This document shows, piece after piece, positions 9,750 through 20,218 of a DNA stretch of 64,000 nucleotides (within the stretch, counting starts at the first letter, position 1; each line of letters begins with the position of its first letter). The translations under genes and the position numbers were made by a program. Source of the DNA: an uncultured Eubacteriales bacterium (lineage in GTDB: Bacteria; Bacillota_I; Bacilli_A; RF39; UBA660); the NCBI GenBank assembly GCA_963545265.1, contig CAUUHY010000003.1:25918-89917 (forward strand). Reading direction: 5' to 3'. The notes beneath the pieces are model-generated. The model was not told the origin of the DNA and did no database searches. It saw only the letters and a program-made list of their open reading frames with translations.

Positions 9750-10442
9750 ATGATATTTTATATATGTTTTATAATTTCTATATTTATATTAGATTTAATT
9801 TTAGGTAATTATATAAGAGAAGAAGAAACTGATAATTCTGCTTTACTTCAATTAGTAAAATCTTTATTTGTATTTACATTAATAACAGTTTTAGCTTATT
9901 TCTTTATTAAGAGTGATTTTTTATATTCTATATTACAAGAAAAATATCCTTTACAAAAAGCAAATAATATAAGACTTATGTTTTATGTATTATATTTAAT
10001 ACTTTATACTCTTAATTTATATTCTTTATTTGAAGTTAGTATAGATAGTTATACAACTTATCTAGTTAAAAATAATAGTCCTAAGAAATATTTAGTAATA
10101 ATATCTACTTTTATAGCTGTAGTATTAGCACAAGTTTTTTTACTTTCAGATACAACTAGATACTCTAATGTTTTAGGTACTAATAATTGGTTCTTTTTTA
10201 TAATTATGTTTATTATAACTATAATTTATCCAGTTTTAGTTGGTATTAAAATTTATAGATATGTAACACATCATGATTATATAGTTAAAGAAACTAACAG
10301 AAAAAGCAATAACGATGATGAAGATGAAGTAATAGCTAGAAAAGTTGAAATTATAGAAACACCAGTTAAAAAAGAAAAAGAACATGAAAAAGATTATTAT
10401 GAAGATGAGTTTTTAAACGATTTTGATGACGATAATTTTTAA
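9750..10442 (+). CDS. polytopic membrane hypothetical protein with acidic C-terminal tail
   Basis: RBS gggggtttaatatg; about 5 TM helices; DDEDE-rich tail. Confidence 0.4.
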   Translation: MIFYICFIISIFILDLILGNYIREEETDNSALLQLVKSLFVFTLITVLAYFFIKSDFLYSILQEKYPLQKANNIRLMFYVLYLILYTLNLYSLFEVSIDSYTTYLVKNNSPKKYLVIISTFIAVVLAQVFLLSDTTRYSNVLGTNNWFFFIIMFIITIIYPVLVGIKIYRYVTHHDYIVKETNRKSNNDDEDEVIARKVEIIETPVKKEKEHEKDYYEDEFLNDFDDDNF

Positions 10443-10444
10443 TA

Positions 10445-10699
10445 TTGAAAGAATTAGATAGATTATTCAAAATAAGATATGATTTGATATCAAACATAAA
10501 TAGTAAAGAAATAAATAACTTAAGGTATTTTGCTGTTATGGAACAAGATTATAAAAAAATATTGTTTTATAATAGAAAAATTGATAGATTAACAGAAAAC
10601 ATTTTATTATTAAATGAAATAAATCAGAAAATAAAAGAAGCAAGAATAGAATATAACAATTATTTAATAAAAAACAATAAAAAAGATTTTTATAGATAA
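10445..10699 (+). CDS. hypothetical small protein (TTG start; uncertain)
   Basis: ORF only; no RBS evident; coiled-coil-like. Confidence 0.2.
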   Translation: MKELDRLFKIRYDLISNINSKEINNLRYFAVMEQDYKKILFYNRKIDRLTENILLLNEINQKIKEARIEYNNYLIKNNKKDFYR

Positions 10700-10738
10700 A
10701 GTCTTTTTTTTGTATTATAATCCTAATAGGAGAATAAG

Positions 10739-11500
10739 ATGAATAAGATCTTTTTTTGTGATATCGACGATACATTAATAGGACAAAAGAAAATAATTTC
10801 AAAAAAGAATCTTTTAAGTATTAATAAATGGATAGAAGATAATAATATTTTTGTTTTAGCAACAGGAAGAGGTATAGTTGCAATAGAAAATTTTATTAAA
10901 AACTATGATTTTGCAAAGTATTATATAGCTTGTAATGGTGCTATTATTTTAGATAAAATAAATAATAAATTGTTACATAATGATTATATTTCAAAAGATA
11001 TAGTTAAATTGTTATATGATTATGGAGTAAAAAATAATATTTTAGTTTATATTCATTCAATGAAAACTACAAAAACGCATATAATAGATGAAGATATTTA
11101 TGAAGTTACTTATGTAGTTAATGAACCTTTTGAAAAAATAAAGTTGGATAAAATAAGAGAATTTGTATCTTTACATAAAGAAGTACAAATTACACATGAT
11201 TATTATAATCAATATAAAAAATATCATTTGTTCGATATTAATTTAAAAGGTAATTCTAAAGGTTTAGCTATTAAAAGATTATTAGAATATTTAGAAATTA
11301 ATAAATTAGATAGCTTTGCAGTAGGTAATGGAAATAACGATATATCTATGAATAATTATGTTAATAAGATGTTTGCAGTAGAAAATGCATGTGAAGAATT
11401 AAAAGAGATTGTTTTTAAAACAGTAGCTTCTAGTAATGAAGATGGAGTAAGCGAAGCAATAAATGATATAATGGGAGAAGAAAATGAAAGAAATAGATAA
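10739..11500 (+). CDS. Cof-type HAD-IIB family phosphatase
   Basis: FFCDIDDTLI (DxDxT motif I), GNGNNDISM (motif IV); -10 tataat at about 10716 and RBS aggaga upstream. Confidence 0.75.
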   Translation: MNKIFFCDIDDTLIGQKKIISKKNLLSINKWIEDNNIFVLATGRGIVAIENFIKNYDFAKYYIACNGAIILDKINNKLLHNDYISKDIVKLLYDYGVKNNILVYIHSMKTTKTHIIDEDIYEVTYVVNEPFEKIKLDKIREFVSLHKEVQITHDYYNQYKKYHLFDINLKGNSKGLAIKRLLEYLEINKLDSFAVGNGNNDISMNNYVNKMFAVENACEELKEIVFKTVASSNEDGVSEAINDIMGEENERNR

Positions 11501-13412
11501 AAAGATAATTAATAATATTAGAGGTCTTTCTATAGATATGATAAACAAAGCTAGTAGTGGACACCCTGGTATAGCACTTGGTGCAGCACCAATACTTTAT
11601 ACTTTGTTTTCTAAATTTTTAAAAATAAATAGAGAAAATCCAAATTGGATTTCAAGAGATAGATTTATATTATCTGCAGGACATGGATCAAGTTTATTAT
11701 ATTCATTACTTTTTTATTTAGGTTATTTGAACTTAGAAGATTTGAAAAACTTTCGTAATTTGAATTCGAAAACTCCAGGACACCCTGAAATAGAAACATT
11801 GGGAGTAGAGATGTCTACTGGTCCTCTTGGCCAAGGAATTGCTTCTTCTGTAGGTTTTGCTATAGCTGAAAAATATCTTAGCAATTATTTCAATGATGAT
11901 GTAATTAATTATAAAACATATTGTTTAGTTGGAGATGGTGATTTAGAAGAAGGTGTAGCACAAGAGGCTATGAGTATAGCTGGAAATTTATCTCTTAATA
12001 ATTTGATAGTATTATATGATTCTAATGAAATTACACTTGATGGAAGTTTATATAATTCATGTATTGATAATATAGAATTAAAAGTAAAATCTATGAATTG
12101 GAATTATATTTTTGTAAAAGACGGCGAAAATATTTTGGAAATAGAAAATGCTATTAAAGAAGCTAAAAGAAGCGATAAGCCAGTACTTATAGAAATAAGA
12201 ACAGTGATAGGAAAATATTCTTTATTACAAGGAACTCATAAAGTGCATGGAGCTCCTCTTTCTATAGAAGATATAGAGCAATTAAAAGAAAAACTAGAAT
12301 TAAGAAATCAGGAATTTTCTGTTTCTCAAGAAACAATTGATGAATTTCAAAAAATGGTAGATGAGAAAAATCAATATCTTTATGATAATTGGTTAAAAAA
12401 AGTTGATATATTAGATGATAAATTGAAAATTGACTTAGATAATTACATAAATAAAAATTATGATTTGAATTTTGAAGGTCTTAATGGAGAAGATGAAGCT
12501 GTAAGAGTAGCTAATAATAAAGTTCTTAATTTAATTGCTAAAGAAAATCCTTTTATAATTGGTGGAAGTGCAGATTTAAGAGAATCTACAAAAGCTTCTA
12601 TTACTGATAGTGGATATTTTAACAAAGATAATTATAAAAATAGAAATATTGCCTATGGAATAAGAGAACATGCGATGGGAGCAATAAGTAATGGTTTAGC
12701 ACTATCTGGATTAGTTCCTTTTGCTTCGACTTTCTTATCATTTTCTGATTATTTAAAACCAAGTATTAGATTATCTGCTCTTATGAATCAGTTTGTTATA
12801 TATATATTTACTCATGATTCAATAACAGTAGGAGAAGATGGACCAACTCATCAACCGGTTGAACAATTAGTAGCTTTAAGAAGTATACCTAACTTAGATG
12901 TATATAGACCTAGTGATATGAATGAATTAATTGGTTGTTATAAATCTATGTTTAAAAGAAGAAAAGCTAGTTGTTTAATAGCGAGTAGAAATAAAACTAA
13001 ATTAAAAAACGAAACTCAAATAAAATTAGTAGAAAAAGGTGGGTATATATTAAAAGAAACCAAAGAAGTTGATTTTGTAATTATATCTTCTGGAGAAGAG
13101 TTAGATTTAGCTAGCGATATTTTTGATGATTTAAGTTCTAAAGGATATAACTTAAGGTTAGTATCTATGCCATCTTTAAATATTTTTAAAGAGCAAAGTG
13201 AAGAATATCAAAAAGAAATACTAACAGATAAAGAAAAATTTGTTATTGAATTTTCTTCATCTATGTCTTGGACATCACTTACTGAAGAAAAACATATTTT
13301 TTCTGTCAATTCTTTTGGAAAAAGTGGAAAAGTTAAAGATATATTAGAGTATTTTAATTTAACTCATGATACAATAGAAAAAGAAATATTGAAAATGTTA
13401 AATGAGAGGTAG
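11484..13412 (+). CDS. tkt: transketolase
   Basis: SGHPG, GDGDLEEG (TPP-binding GDG), PTHQPVEQL motifs; 642 aa. Confidence 0.9.
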   Translation: MKEIDKKIINNIRGLSIDMINKASSGHPGIALGAAPILYTLFSKFLKINRENPNWISRDRFILSAGHGSSLLYSLLFYLGYLNLEDLKNFRNLNSKTPGHPEIETLGVEMSTGPLGQGIASSVGFAIAEKYLSNYFNDDVINYKTYCLVGDGDLEEGVAQEAMSIAGNLSLNNLIVLYDSNEITLDGSLYNSCIDNIELKVKSMNWNYIFVKDGENILEIENAIKEAKRSDKPVLIEIRTVIGKYSLLQGTHKVHGAPLSIEDIEQLKEKLELRNQEFSVSQETIDEFQKMVDEKNQYLYDNWLKKVDILDDKLKIDLDNYINKNYDLNFEGLNGEDEAVRVANNKVLNLIAKENPFIIGGSADLRESTKASITDSGYFNKDNYKNRNIAYGIREHAMGAISNGLALSGLVPFASTFLSFSDYLKPSIRLSALMNQFVIYIFTHDSITVGEDGPTHQPVEQLVALRSIPNLDVYRPSDMNELIGCYKSMFKRRKASCLIASRNKTKLKNETQIKLVEKGGYILKETKEVDFVIISSGEELDLASDIFDDLSSKGYNLRLVSMPSLNIFKEQSEEYQKEILTDKEKFVIEFSSSMSWTSLTEEKHIFSVNSFGKSGKVKDILEYFNLTHDTIEKEILKMLNER

Positions 13413-13415
13413 TAT

Positions 13416-14603
13416 ATGAAAACATTAAAAAAAATAATTGTTTTAACAATTTTATTAATTGGATTTACAGCTAAAGCTCTTACTGTAACTGATGGGGCTA
13501 TAGTTGGAAAAATGATTGTTAATAAAAGACCTACAGTAGTAAATGAACTTATTACAGTAAATTATGTATTTTTATATAAATCTAATAAAAATACAAATAT
13601 TCAAATAAAACTTGAATATCCAACTGAATATTTATCAGCAAAATATGTTGTATCTCTTCCTGGTAAACCAAATCCAGCTTGTCAATTTACAACATCAGAT
13701 GTTATAACATGTTATAATGTTGAACATTCAAAAGAACAATTAATAACTGTTATGTATAAAGTTGTTAAGACATTTGATACAGATAAGAAAATTTCAGCAT
13801 CTATAAAAAGTGATTATGAAAAAGTAAAATTTTCAACATCTAAAACAGATATTATAATTCCAAAAATTAAAGCAAAAGATGGAAGTTTTATTAAAGTATC
13901 AGAAAAATATGAAGTAGCAGTAGAAGACAATCAATCTTTAAATTATGAACTAATAAAAGAATATAAAGATAAGAAGTTAACTTTTACATCAAGCGATCCA
14001 ACTATAGTTACAGTTGATAAAGATGGTATTTTAACTGGGGTAAAAGAAGGGACTGCAAAAGTTACTATTGCTGCAGAAGATGACCAAAAAACTGTTGAAG
14101 TAAAAGTAACACCAAAAGAAAAAGAAGAATGTACAGTAAATAAAGTTACAATCACAAAACCAAGTAAATTTATTAGGGTAGGAGAAGTATTTTCTTTAGA
14201 TGTAAAACCAGATAATACATGTTTTGATAAGAGAAATTTTAAATATGAAAACAGTGATAGCAGTGTAGTATGGGTTGATACTAATGGATATTTAGTAGGT
14301 TTAAAATCTGGTAAATCTCATGTTAAAGTCATGTACAATGGAAAAGAACTTGCTAGTTTAGATGTTCAAGTAGGTTTAGAAAAGAAAAAGTCAAACAACT
14401 CTGTTTTAATAATATTAGTGTTAATTGTAATAGTTATTGTAATAGTATTATATTTCTTCTTAGGAAAGAAAAAAACAAAATATACAACTTATGAATCAAG
14501 CGATGATAAAGACGATTACAGTAGCAATGCTAATACTAGTTCTAAATCAAAAGATGTAGATAATGAAGAAGAATATTTTGATGGAATAGATTTAGACGTA
14601 TAG
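13416..14603 (+). CDS. surface protein with bacterial Ig-like (Big_2) domains and C-terminal TM anchor
   Basis: Signal peptide; LTFTSSDPTIVTVDKDGILTGVKEGTAKVTI Big_2-type repeats; C-terminal hydrophobic helix plus acidic tail. Confidence 0.55.
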   Translation: MKTLKKIIVLTILLIGFTAKALTVTDGAIVGKMIVNKRPTVVNELITVNYVFLYKSNKNTNIQIKLEYPTEYLSAKYVVSLPGKPNPACQFTTSDVITCYNVEHSKEQLITVMYKVVKTFDTDKKISASIKSDYEKVKFSTSKTDIIIPKIKAKDGSFIKVSEKYEVAVEDNQSLNYELIKEYKDKKLTFTSSDPTIVTVDKDGILTGVKEGTAKVTIAAEDDQKTVEVKVTPKEKEECTVNKVTITKPSKFIRVGEVFSLDVKPDNTCFDKRNFKYENSDSSVVWVDTNGYLVGLKSGKSHVKVMYNGKELASLDVQVGLEKKKSNNSVLIILVLIVIVIVIVLYFFLGKKKTKYTTYESSDDKDDYSSNANTSSKSKDVDNEEEYFDGIDLDV

Positions 14604-14612
14604 GGAGGTTAA

Positions 14613-14834
14613 ATGTTAAAAGATATATTATTAATTCTTTTAGGAATTGGTGTAGGAGCATTAGTTGGTTTCTTGATATCTAAGAAATATATGGAAAAGT
14701 ATTTGGAAAAAAATCCACCGATTAATGAAGATATGATTAAAATGTTAATGGCTCAAATGGGAAGACCAGTTAATCAAAAGCAAATTAATCAAATGATGAA
14801 ACAAATGAAAAACAAAAACAAACTAAGTAATTAG
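14613..14834 (+). CDS. yneF: UPF0154/YneF-family small membrane protein
   Basis: Near-colinear match to B. subtilis YneF (ARKYM..YLKKNPPINEQML.MM.QMG...KKINQMMK). Confidence 0.8.
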   Translation: MLKDILLILLGIGVGALVGFLISKKYMEKYLEKNPPINEDMIKMLMAQMGRPVNQKQINQMMKQMKNKNKLSN

Positions 14835-14849
14835 TTTGTTTTTGTTTGA
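14808..14849 (+). terminator. stem-loop terminator overlapping yneF stop
   Basis: aaacaaaaacaaactaa / ttagtttgtttttgttt inverted repeat; T-rich 3' arm. Confidence 0.45.
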
Positions 14850-14925
14850 CATAAAAAACAATATAACTATAAAATTTAAAAACATATAGTTTTAATATTA
14901 TATAATCATAATATAAGAGGTTATT

Positions 14926-17796
14926 ATGAAAAATAAGCAGTATTTAGTTTTATTAATTGGATTTTTAATGTTAGTGATGTCTTTTTTCCTTTTTAAAAAA
15001 AATGATAGTATAACAACTAAAAAATTAAAAGAGTTAAATTATGATGTAACTTATCGGGAAGCTTTTCCAGATAAAAATTTAAGAAGAGGTATAATACTTT
15101 GTATTATGCGTAATAAGTGTGGAGAAGATGATTATAATTCTGGAGCATATGAATATGAAAAATATAATGATTCTATCCAAAAATGGCCTTCAACTAGTGA
15201 ATATTTTAATAAGTATTATCAAACTATAATTTTTAATTCTAATTATGGTCCAACTATATACGATCATCAATTAAATCTAAAAGAAAGAGAAAAAATAAAA
15301 AAAGAAGATTTAGAAAAAATAAAGGTTTTGTTGTCTAATGAATTTACTAAAAATGTTAATAGTTTACAAGGAATAGAATATTTAACTAATTTAAAAGCAG
15401 TTGTCTTGCATAAAGTTATGCAAGAAGATATAGATTTTTCATATAATAAAAAATTAGAAAAATTATATATAAATGTTGTAACTGATGATGCATATCCTAG
15501 ACCTATAAAAAATATAAATCTTAATCAAAATATTAAACTAAAAGAATTAGCTATAAAATTAGATAAAAATGATAGCATTTTAGACTATTCAAATTTAATA
15601 AACTTAGAAACAATAATATTACAAGAAAGTAAAATTAAAACTATTCTTTTACCAAGTAGTGCTAAAATAGTAGATTTAAGTAATAATAATATAAAAGAGA
15701 TAAATTTAAAAAATAATTCAAATAATATCGAAAAACTTAATATGCAATCAAATCCAATAACTAATATAAATATAGATAATTTAGTTAAATTAAAATATAT
15801 TAACCTTAATAATACAAAATTAAAAAATAATATAAATTTTAGTAAAAATATTGATATAGAAGAAGTATATATTGGATCTCAAAGTACAATCAAAATAGAA
15901 AGCTTAGATTTTAGCCATAATTTAAAATTAAAAAAATTGACATTAAGTGCAGAATTAAAAAATTTAAATCTAGATAATGTAACAAAATTAGATTTTTTAT
16001 ATTTAATAAATAATTCTATAAATGAACTTGATTTAACAAAAAATCCAAAACTTGGTGAAGCTGGAGGAAGCATAAGTTTAGGTGATAATCATATATCTAA
16101 TTTAAAAGTGAATTCTAATTTAAGTGGTGGAACATATCAAACTTTAAAATTTAAAATAAAGAAAAATGCTTATCAAAATATACCAATTTATTATAATAAT
16201 CAAAAAGTAGAGTTAAATAATAATACTAGTTTTATAAAAAAAGATGGTAAGTATTTATTTACAACTTTAGGAACATTTAATGAAAGAGCAGAAAAAACAC
16301 TAAATAATTTTACATATTCAGCTGGTGTTGTTGTTGAAGTAGAAGCAGGTGAAGAAGCAAGTTTTAATCCTGAAATAGATCAAAAAGATTATATGCCACT
16401 TTTAAATGAAGAAATAACAAAAGAAGCGATAAAGAAGATGATTACTAATTTACCAGACAATATAAAAGAATTTGAAATTGTTGATCCAAAACCAACTATA
16501 TTTAATAGTAATGCTAAACAAAAAATTAGAGTAAGAGTAACATTTAGTGATGATACATTTAAAGAATTTGATGTACCGGTAAATATTTATAAAGTAAATT
16601 ATATTCCACCAACTGGAAGAATTATTCCAAATCCAGTAGAAGTTATAGAAGAAAAAGCAGTAAATATTTCAATTACTAGAACGTATGAAAAAGAAAATTA
16701 TATAGATGAAGTTAATTTAATAAAATATGTACAAGATGAGATAATTAATTATCATCATGATAATGTACCTAGTGGAGTAGTATTTAATGGAAATGGATAT
16801 AATGGAGTAATAAATTATATTTTTACTGGAACAGAAGAAGAACATACATTTGTTATTTCTCATTCGGAAGATACAAAAAGTGGAGGACCTGGTTGGAGTG
16901 ATAGAATTCAAATAAAATTGTTAAGGGATACAGATGGTGATGGAATACCTGATATTAAAGATGATGATAAGGATGGAGATGGATATTCCAATGCATTAGA
17001 AATAGCTAAGGGAAGTGATCCGTATAATAAAAATTCAACACCAGATATGACAAAGAAAAAGCAATTAGATGAACTTGTAAAAGATCTTGAAAAACTAATT
17101 AATAATACTAAAGATAATCCATTTAATAATAAAAATAAACTAGATGTAGATAATCTGAAAAATAATATTTTACCTGATAAAGAAAATAAAAAGAATGATA
17201 TGAAAAATTCATATAATGATAGTACTTCTGATACAGATTTAGAAAATTTAAAACAAAAAGTAGAAAAAGAAATAGATGATTTAAAAAAAGAAATAAATAA
17301 ATTAAGAGATAAAGCTAATTTTAATGAGTTAGATAAAGAAATATCAAAAGATATAGAAGAAGATATTTATACACCTGAATCAGTTAAGCCATTAAAAGAT
17401 AAGATAGAAGAAGCAAAAAATATTTCTAGAGATACAGCAACACAAGAAGATGTTGATAATATGACTAAGATTATTAAAAATTTAAAAGATAAATTAGTTA
17501 TAGATAGAACAAAACTTAAAAATAAGATAGATGAGTTAGAAAAAGCGATAGAAGAAAATAAATGTATAACAGAAGAATGTAAAAAAACATTAGAAGCAGC
17601 AAAAGAATTATATACTAAAACAAATATAACTAAAGAAGAAATGTTAGATATGATAAAAAGAATAGATTTATTATTAAATAAAAAAATTATATTTGAAAAT
17701 CCTAAGACAGGTATTTTATCATATACTTTAGTAATAATATTTATAATTTTAATTAGTGTATTTTTAATAAAACAAAAGAAAAATTATATAAGATAA
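14926..17796 (+). CDS. large surface protein with leucine-rich repeats, Ig-like region, TSP3-like Asp-rich calcium-binding motifs, coiled coil and C-terminal TM anchor
   Basis: Signal/TM; LRR consensus (L..L.L..N.I..I) from about aa 200 to 400; DTDGDGIPDIKDDDKDGDGYSNALE; K/E-rich coiled coil; terminal hydrophobic helix; N-terminal LNYxxTYxEAFPDK motif shared with 24830 and 26808. Confidence 0.6.
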   Translation: MKNKQYLVLLIGFLMLVMSFFLFKKNDSITTKKLKELNYDVTYREAFPDKNLRRGIILCIMRNKCGEDDYNSGAYEYEKYNDSIQKWPSTSEYFNKYYQTIIFNSNYGPTIYDHQLNLKEREKIKKEDLEKIKVLLSNEFTKNVNSLQGIEYLTNLKAVVLHKVMQEDIDFSYNKKLEKLYINVVTDDAYPRPIKNINLNQNIKLKELAIKLDKNDSILDYSNLINLETIILQESKIKTILLPSSAKIVDLSNNNIKEINLKNNSNNIEKLNMQSNPITNINIDNLVKLKYINLNNTKLKNNINFSKNIDIEEVYIGSQSTIKIESLDFSHNLKLKKLTLSAELKNLNLDNVTKLDFLYLINNSINELDLTKNPKLGEAGGSISLGDNHISNLKVNSNLSGGTYQTLKFKIKKNAYQNIPIYYNNQKVELNNNTSFIKKDGKYLFTTLGTFNERAEKTLNNFTYSAGVVVEVEAGEEASFNPEIDQKDYMPLLNEEITKEAIKKMITNLPDNIKEFEIVDPKPTIFNSNAKQKIRVRVTFSDDTFKEFDVPVNIYKVNYIPPTGRIIPNPVEVIEEKAVNISITRTYEKENYIDEVNLIKYVQDEIINYHHDNVPSGVVFNGNGYNGVINYIFTGTEEEHTFVISHSEDTKSGGPGWSDRIQIKLLRDTDGDGIPDIKDDDKDGDGYSNALEIAKGSDPYNKNSTPDMTKKKQLDELVKDLEKLINNTKDNPFNNKNKLDVDNLKNNILPDKENKKNDMKNSYNDSTSDTDLENLKQKVEKEIDDLKKEINKLRDKANFNELDKEISKDIEEDIYTPESVKPLKDKIEEAKNISRDTATQEDVDNMTKIIKNLKDKLVIDRTKLKNKIDELEKAIEENKCITEECKKTLEAAKELYTKTNITKEEMLDMIKRIDLLLNKKIIFENPKTGILSYTLVIIFIILISVFLIKQKKNYIR

Positions 17797-17822
17797 AGTT
17801 TTTGCTTTATCTTTTTTATTTT
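17791..17822 (+). terminator. rho-independent terminator
   Basis: agataaag-ttttt-gctttatct followed by a T-run. Confidence 0.6.
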
Positions 17823-17863
17823 TAAATTTTATAATATATAGTATAATTACTATAGGAGAGAGT

Positions 17864-19036
17864 ATGAGAAGACTATTTACTTCAATAGAATTGAGTTCTA
17901 AATATATAAAATTAATTATATTAGAAAAAATTCAAAATAAATTTTATTGTTTGTATTCTGATATTACTGATTGTAATGGAATATCTAAAGGATTAATTAT
18001 TGATAGTAATGAAGTTATTACTTCGTTAAAAAAATCATTAAAAAAAGCTCGTGATAAAATAAATTTAAAAATAGATAAAGTAATATTAACTATAAATCCA
18101 ATAGATGCTAATTTTATGGTAGTTTCATCTACAAATTATATTGAAAATATAGATGGTGTAGTTACTCAGAGCTTTATAGATAAAAGTTTAAATTCTGCAG
18201 TAGATAGTAAAAAAGATTTAAAAGATGAACTTGTTATGACTAGTCCTGTTAGTTTTAGTTTAGATGAAAAAACAGTTTTAGATCCAGTAGGAATGACTGG
18301 AAATAAACTTTATTCTAAAGCAGTAGCTTCTACTATGGCAAAGAAAAATCTTTATCCATACTTTAATGTTTTTAATACTTTAAATATAGATGTTTTAGAT
18401 ATTTGTTATTCATTAGTAGGAGATTTTGAAGCAAATCAAGCTAAAAATAATAAATTAGAACATGGAGTGGTTATTAATATAGAAGAAGATATAGTAAATA
18501 TTGGTATTTTTAATAAAGGTATATTAATAAAAACAGATTATTTAAAGATTGGAAGTAATGCAATAGATAAAGATATTAAGTATATTTATAATTTGAAAGA
18601 AGAAGATATTAAATATTTAAAAGAGAATTTTGCATCATTATCTAGTATAGCTAATTATAAATATGATACAATTGAACTTAATACTAGTAATGGTAATTTG
18701 ATAAAAATAAACGAAAGTGATGTTGTTAAACTTATTACTAGTAGAGTTATTAATATTTTAGATTTAGCAAAAAATAAATTTAAAACCTTAACAAATAAAG
18801 AAATTAATTATATAATTGTAACAGGAGAATTGACAGAATTAAGTGGATGTTCTCAAGTTGTAGAAAAAGTTTTAGGACCTAAAAGTAAAATTGGTAATAT
18901 AAAACTTATAGGAGCTAGAAATAATATATATTCAAGTGTAATTGGTTCTATATATTGTTTGGAAAATAAATATAAAAATATTGGAATGTTAAATTCTTTA
19001 GAAATAGAAAAGATAAATTCTAAAGAGTATGAGTGA
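17864..19036 (+). CDS. ftsA: cell division protein FtsA
   Basis: Actin-like ATPase fold signatures; immediately upstream of ftsZ; 390 aa. Confidence 0.8.
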   Translation: MRRLFTSIELSSKYIKLIILEKIQNKFYCLYSDITDCNGISKGLIIDSNEVITSLKKSLKKARDKINLKIDKVILTINPIDANFMVVSSTNYIENIDGVVTQSFIDKSLNSAVDSKKDLKDELVMTSPVSFSLDEKTVLDPVGMTGNKLYSKAVASTMAKKNLYPYFNVFNTLNIDVLDICYSLVGDFEANQAKNNKLEHGVVINIEEDIVNIGIFNKGILIKTDYLKIGSNAIDKDIKYIYNLKEEDIKYLKENFASLSSIANYKYDTIELNTSNGNLIKINESDVVKLITSRVINILDLAKNKFKTLTNKEINYIIVTGELTELSGCSQVVEKVLGPKSKIGNIKLIGARNNIYSSVIGSIYCLENKYKNIGMLNSLEIEKINSKEYE

Positions 19037-19050
19037 TCTAGGAGGAAAAA

Positions 19051-20160
19051 ATGTTTGATGAATTAACTAATATAAGAGCTGCTAATATTAAGGTAATAGG
19101 TGTTGGTGGTGGAGGTTGTAAAGCCGTTAATAGAATGAAGGAAACAGTTGAAGGTGTAACTTTTATTATTGCTAATACTGATTTACAAGATTTAACTACA
19201 GCTAATGCTGATGTTAAAATTCAATTAGGACAAGAATTAACTGGTGGAAGAGGAAGTGGAGCTAAACCAGAAGTAGGTAAAAAAGCAGCACAAGAATCTA
19301 AAAAAGAAATAGAAGATGCATTACAAGGTGCACATATGGTATTTATTACTTGTGGAGAAGGTGGAGGAACTGGAACAGGAGCTGCTCCAGTAATTGCTGA
19401 AATTGCACAAAACTTAGGAGCACTAACTATTGCTGTAGTTACTAAACCATTTTCTTTTGAAGGTAAATCTAGAATGAAAAATGCTCAATTAGGTATAGAA
19501 GAATTAAGAAAACATGTTGATTCTTTAATAGTAGTACCTAATGATAATCTAGAAACTTTAATTGATAAAAATACACCAGTATTACAAGCTTTTGGAGAAG
19601 TTGATAATGTTTTAAGACAAAGTGTTCAATCAATATCAGATTTAATTAATTTCCCTGGAGATATTAACTTAGACTTCTCTGATATTACAACTACTATGAA
19701 AGATAGTGGAACTGCAGTAATTGGTATTGGAGTAGGTACTGGAGAAGATAGAGCTATTCAAGCAGCTAAACAAGCTGTTCAATCTCCTCTTTTAGAAAAA
19801 TCTATAGTTGGAGCTACTAAAGCAATTATTAATATAACTGGTGGAAGTAACTTAACATTATATGAAACAAAACAAGCAGTTAAGATTATTGAAAGTTATG
19901 CTCAAACAGATTTAAACGTATTCTATGGAACTATAATTAATAAAAATATTAGTGATGATCAAATTATTGTTACAGTAATAGCAACAGGATTTGAAGATTA
20001 TGAAAAAATACCAACTGAAGAAGTGACAGAAGTAATAGATATACAAAAACCAAAAGAAATAGAACCTGTTAAAGAAGTATCACATTCATACGATGATATA
20101 GATACTGATACAGATGGGGATTATGTATTACCAAATTTTTTAAGAAATAGAAATTATTAG
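19051..20160 (+). CDS. ftsZ: cell division GTPase FtsZ
   Basis: GGGTGTGAAPVIA tubulin signature; NTDLQDL; 369 aa. Confidence 0.97.
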   Translation: MFDELTNIRAANIKVIGVGGGGCKAVNRMKETVEGVTFIIANTDLQDLTTANADVKIQLGQELTGGRGSGAKPEVGKKAAQESKKEIEDALQGAHMVFITCGEGGGTGTGAAPVIAEIAQNLGALTIAVVTKPFSFEGKSRMKNAQLGIEELRKHVDSLIVVPNDNLETLIDKNTPVLQAFGEVDNVLRQSVQSISDLINFPGDINLDFSDITTTMKDSGTAVIGIGVGTGEDRAIQAAKQAVQSPLLEKSIVGATKAIINITGGSNLTLYETKQAVKIIESYAQTDLNVFYGTIINKNISDDQIIVTVIATGFEDYEKIPTEEVTEVIDIQKPKEIEPVKEVSHSYDDIDTDTDGDYVLPNFLRNRNY

Positions 20161-20189
20161 AAGTTATAAATATAACTTCTTTTTATTTT
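20159..20189 (+). terminator. rho-independent terminator
   Basis: agaagttata-aa-tataacttct followed by ttttatttt. Confidence 0.65.
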
Positions 20190-20218
20190 AATCTGTTTAG
20201 TTTATAATATAGTTTGTT

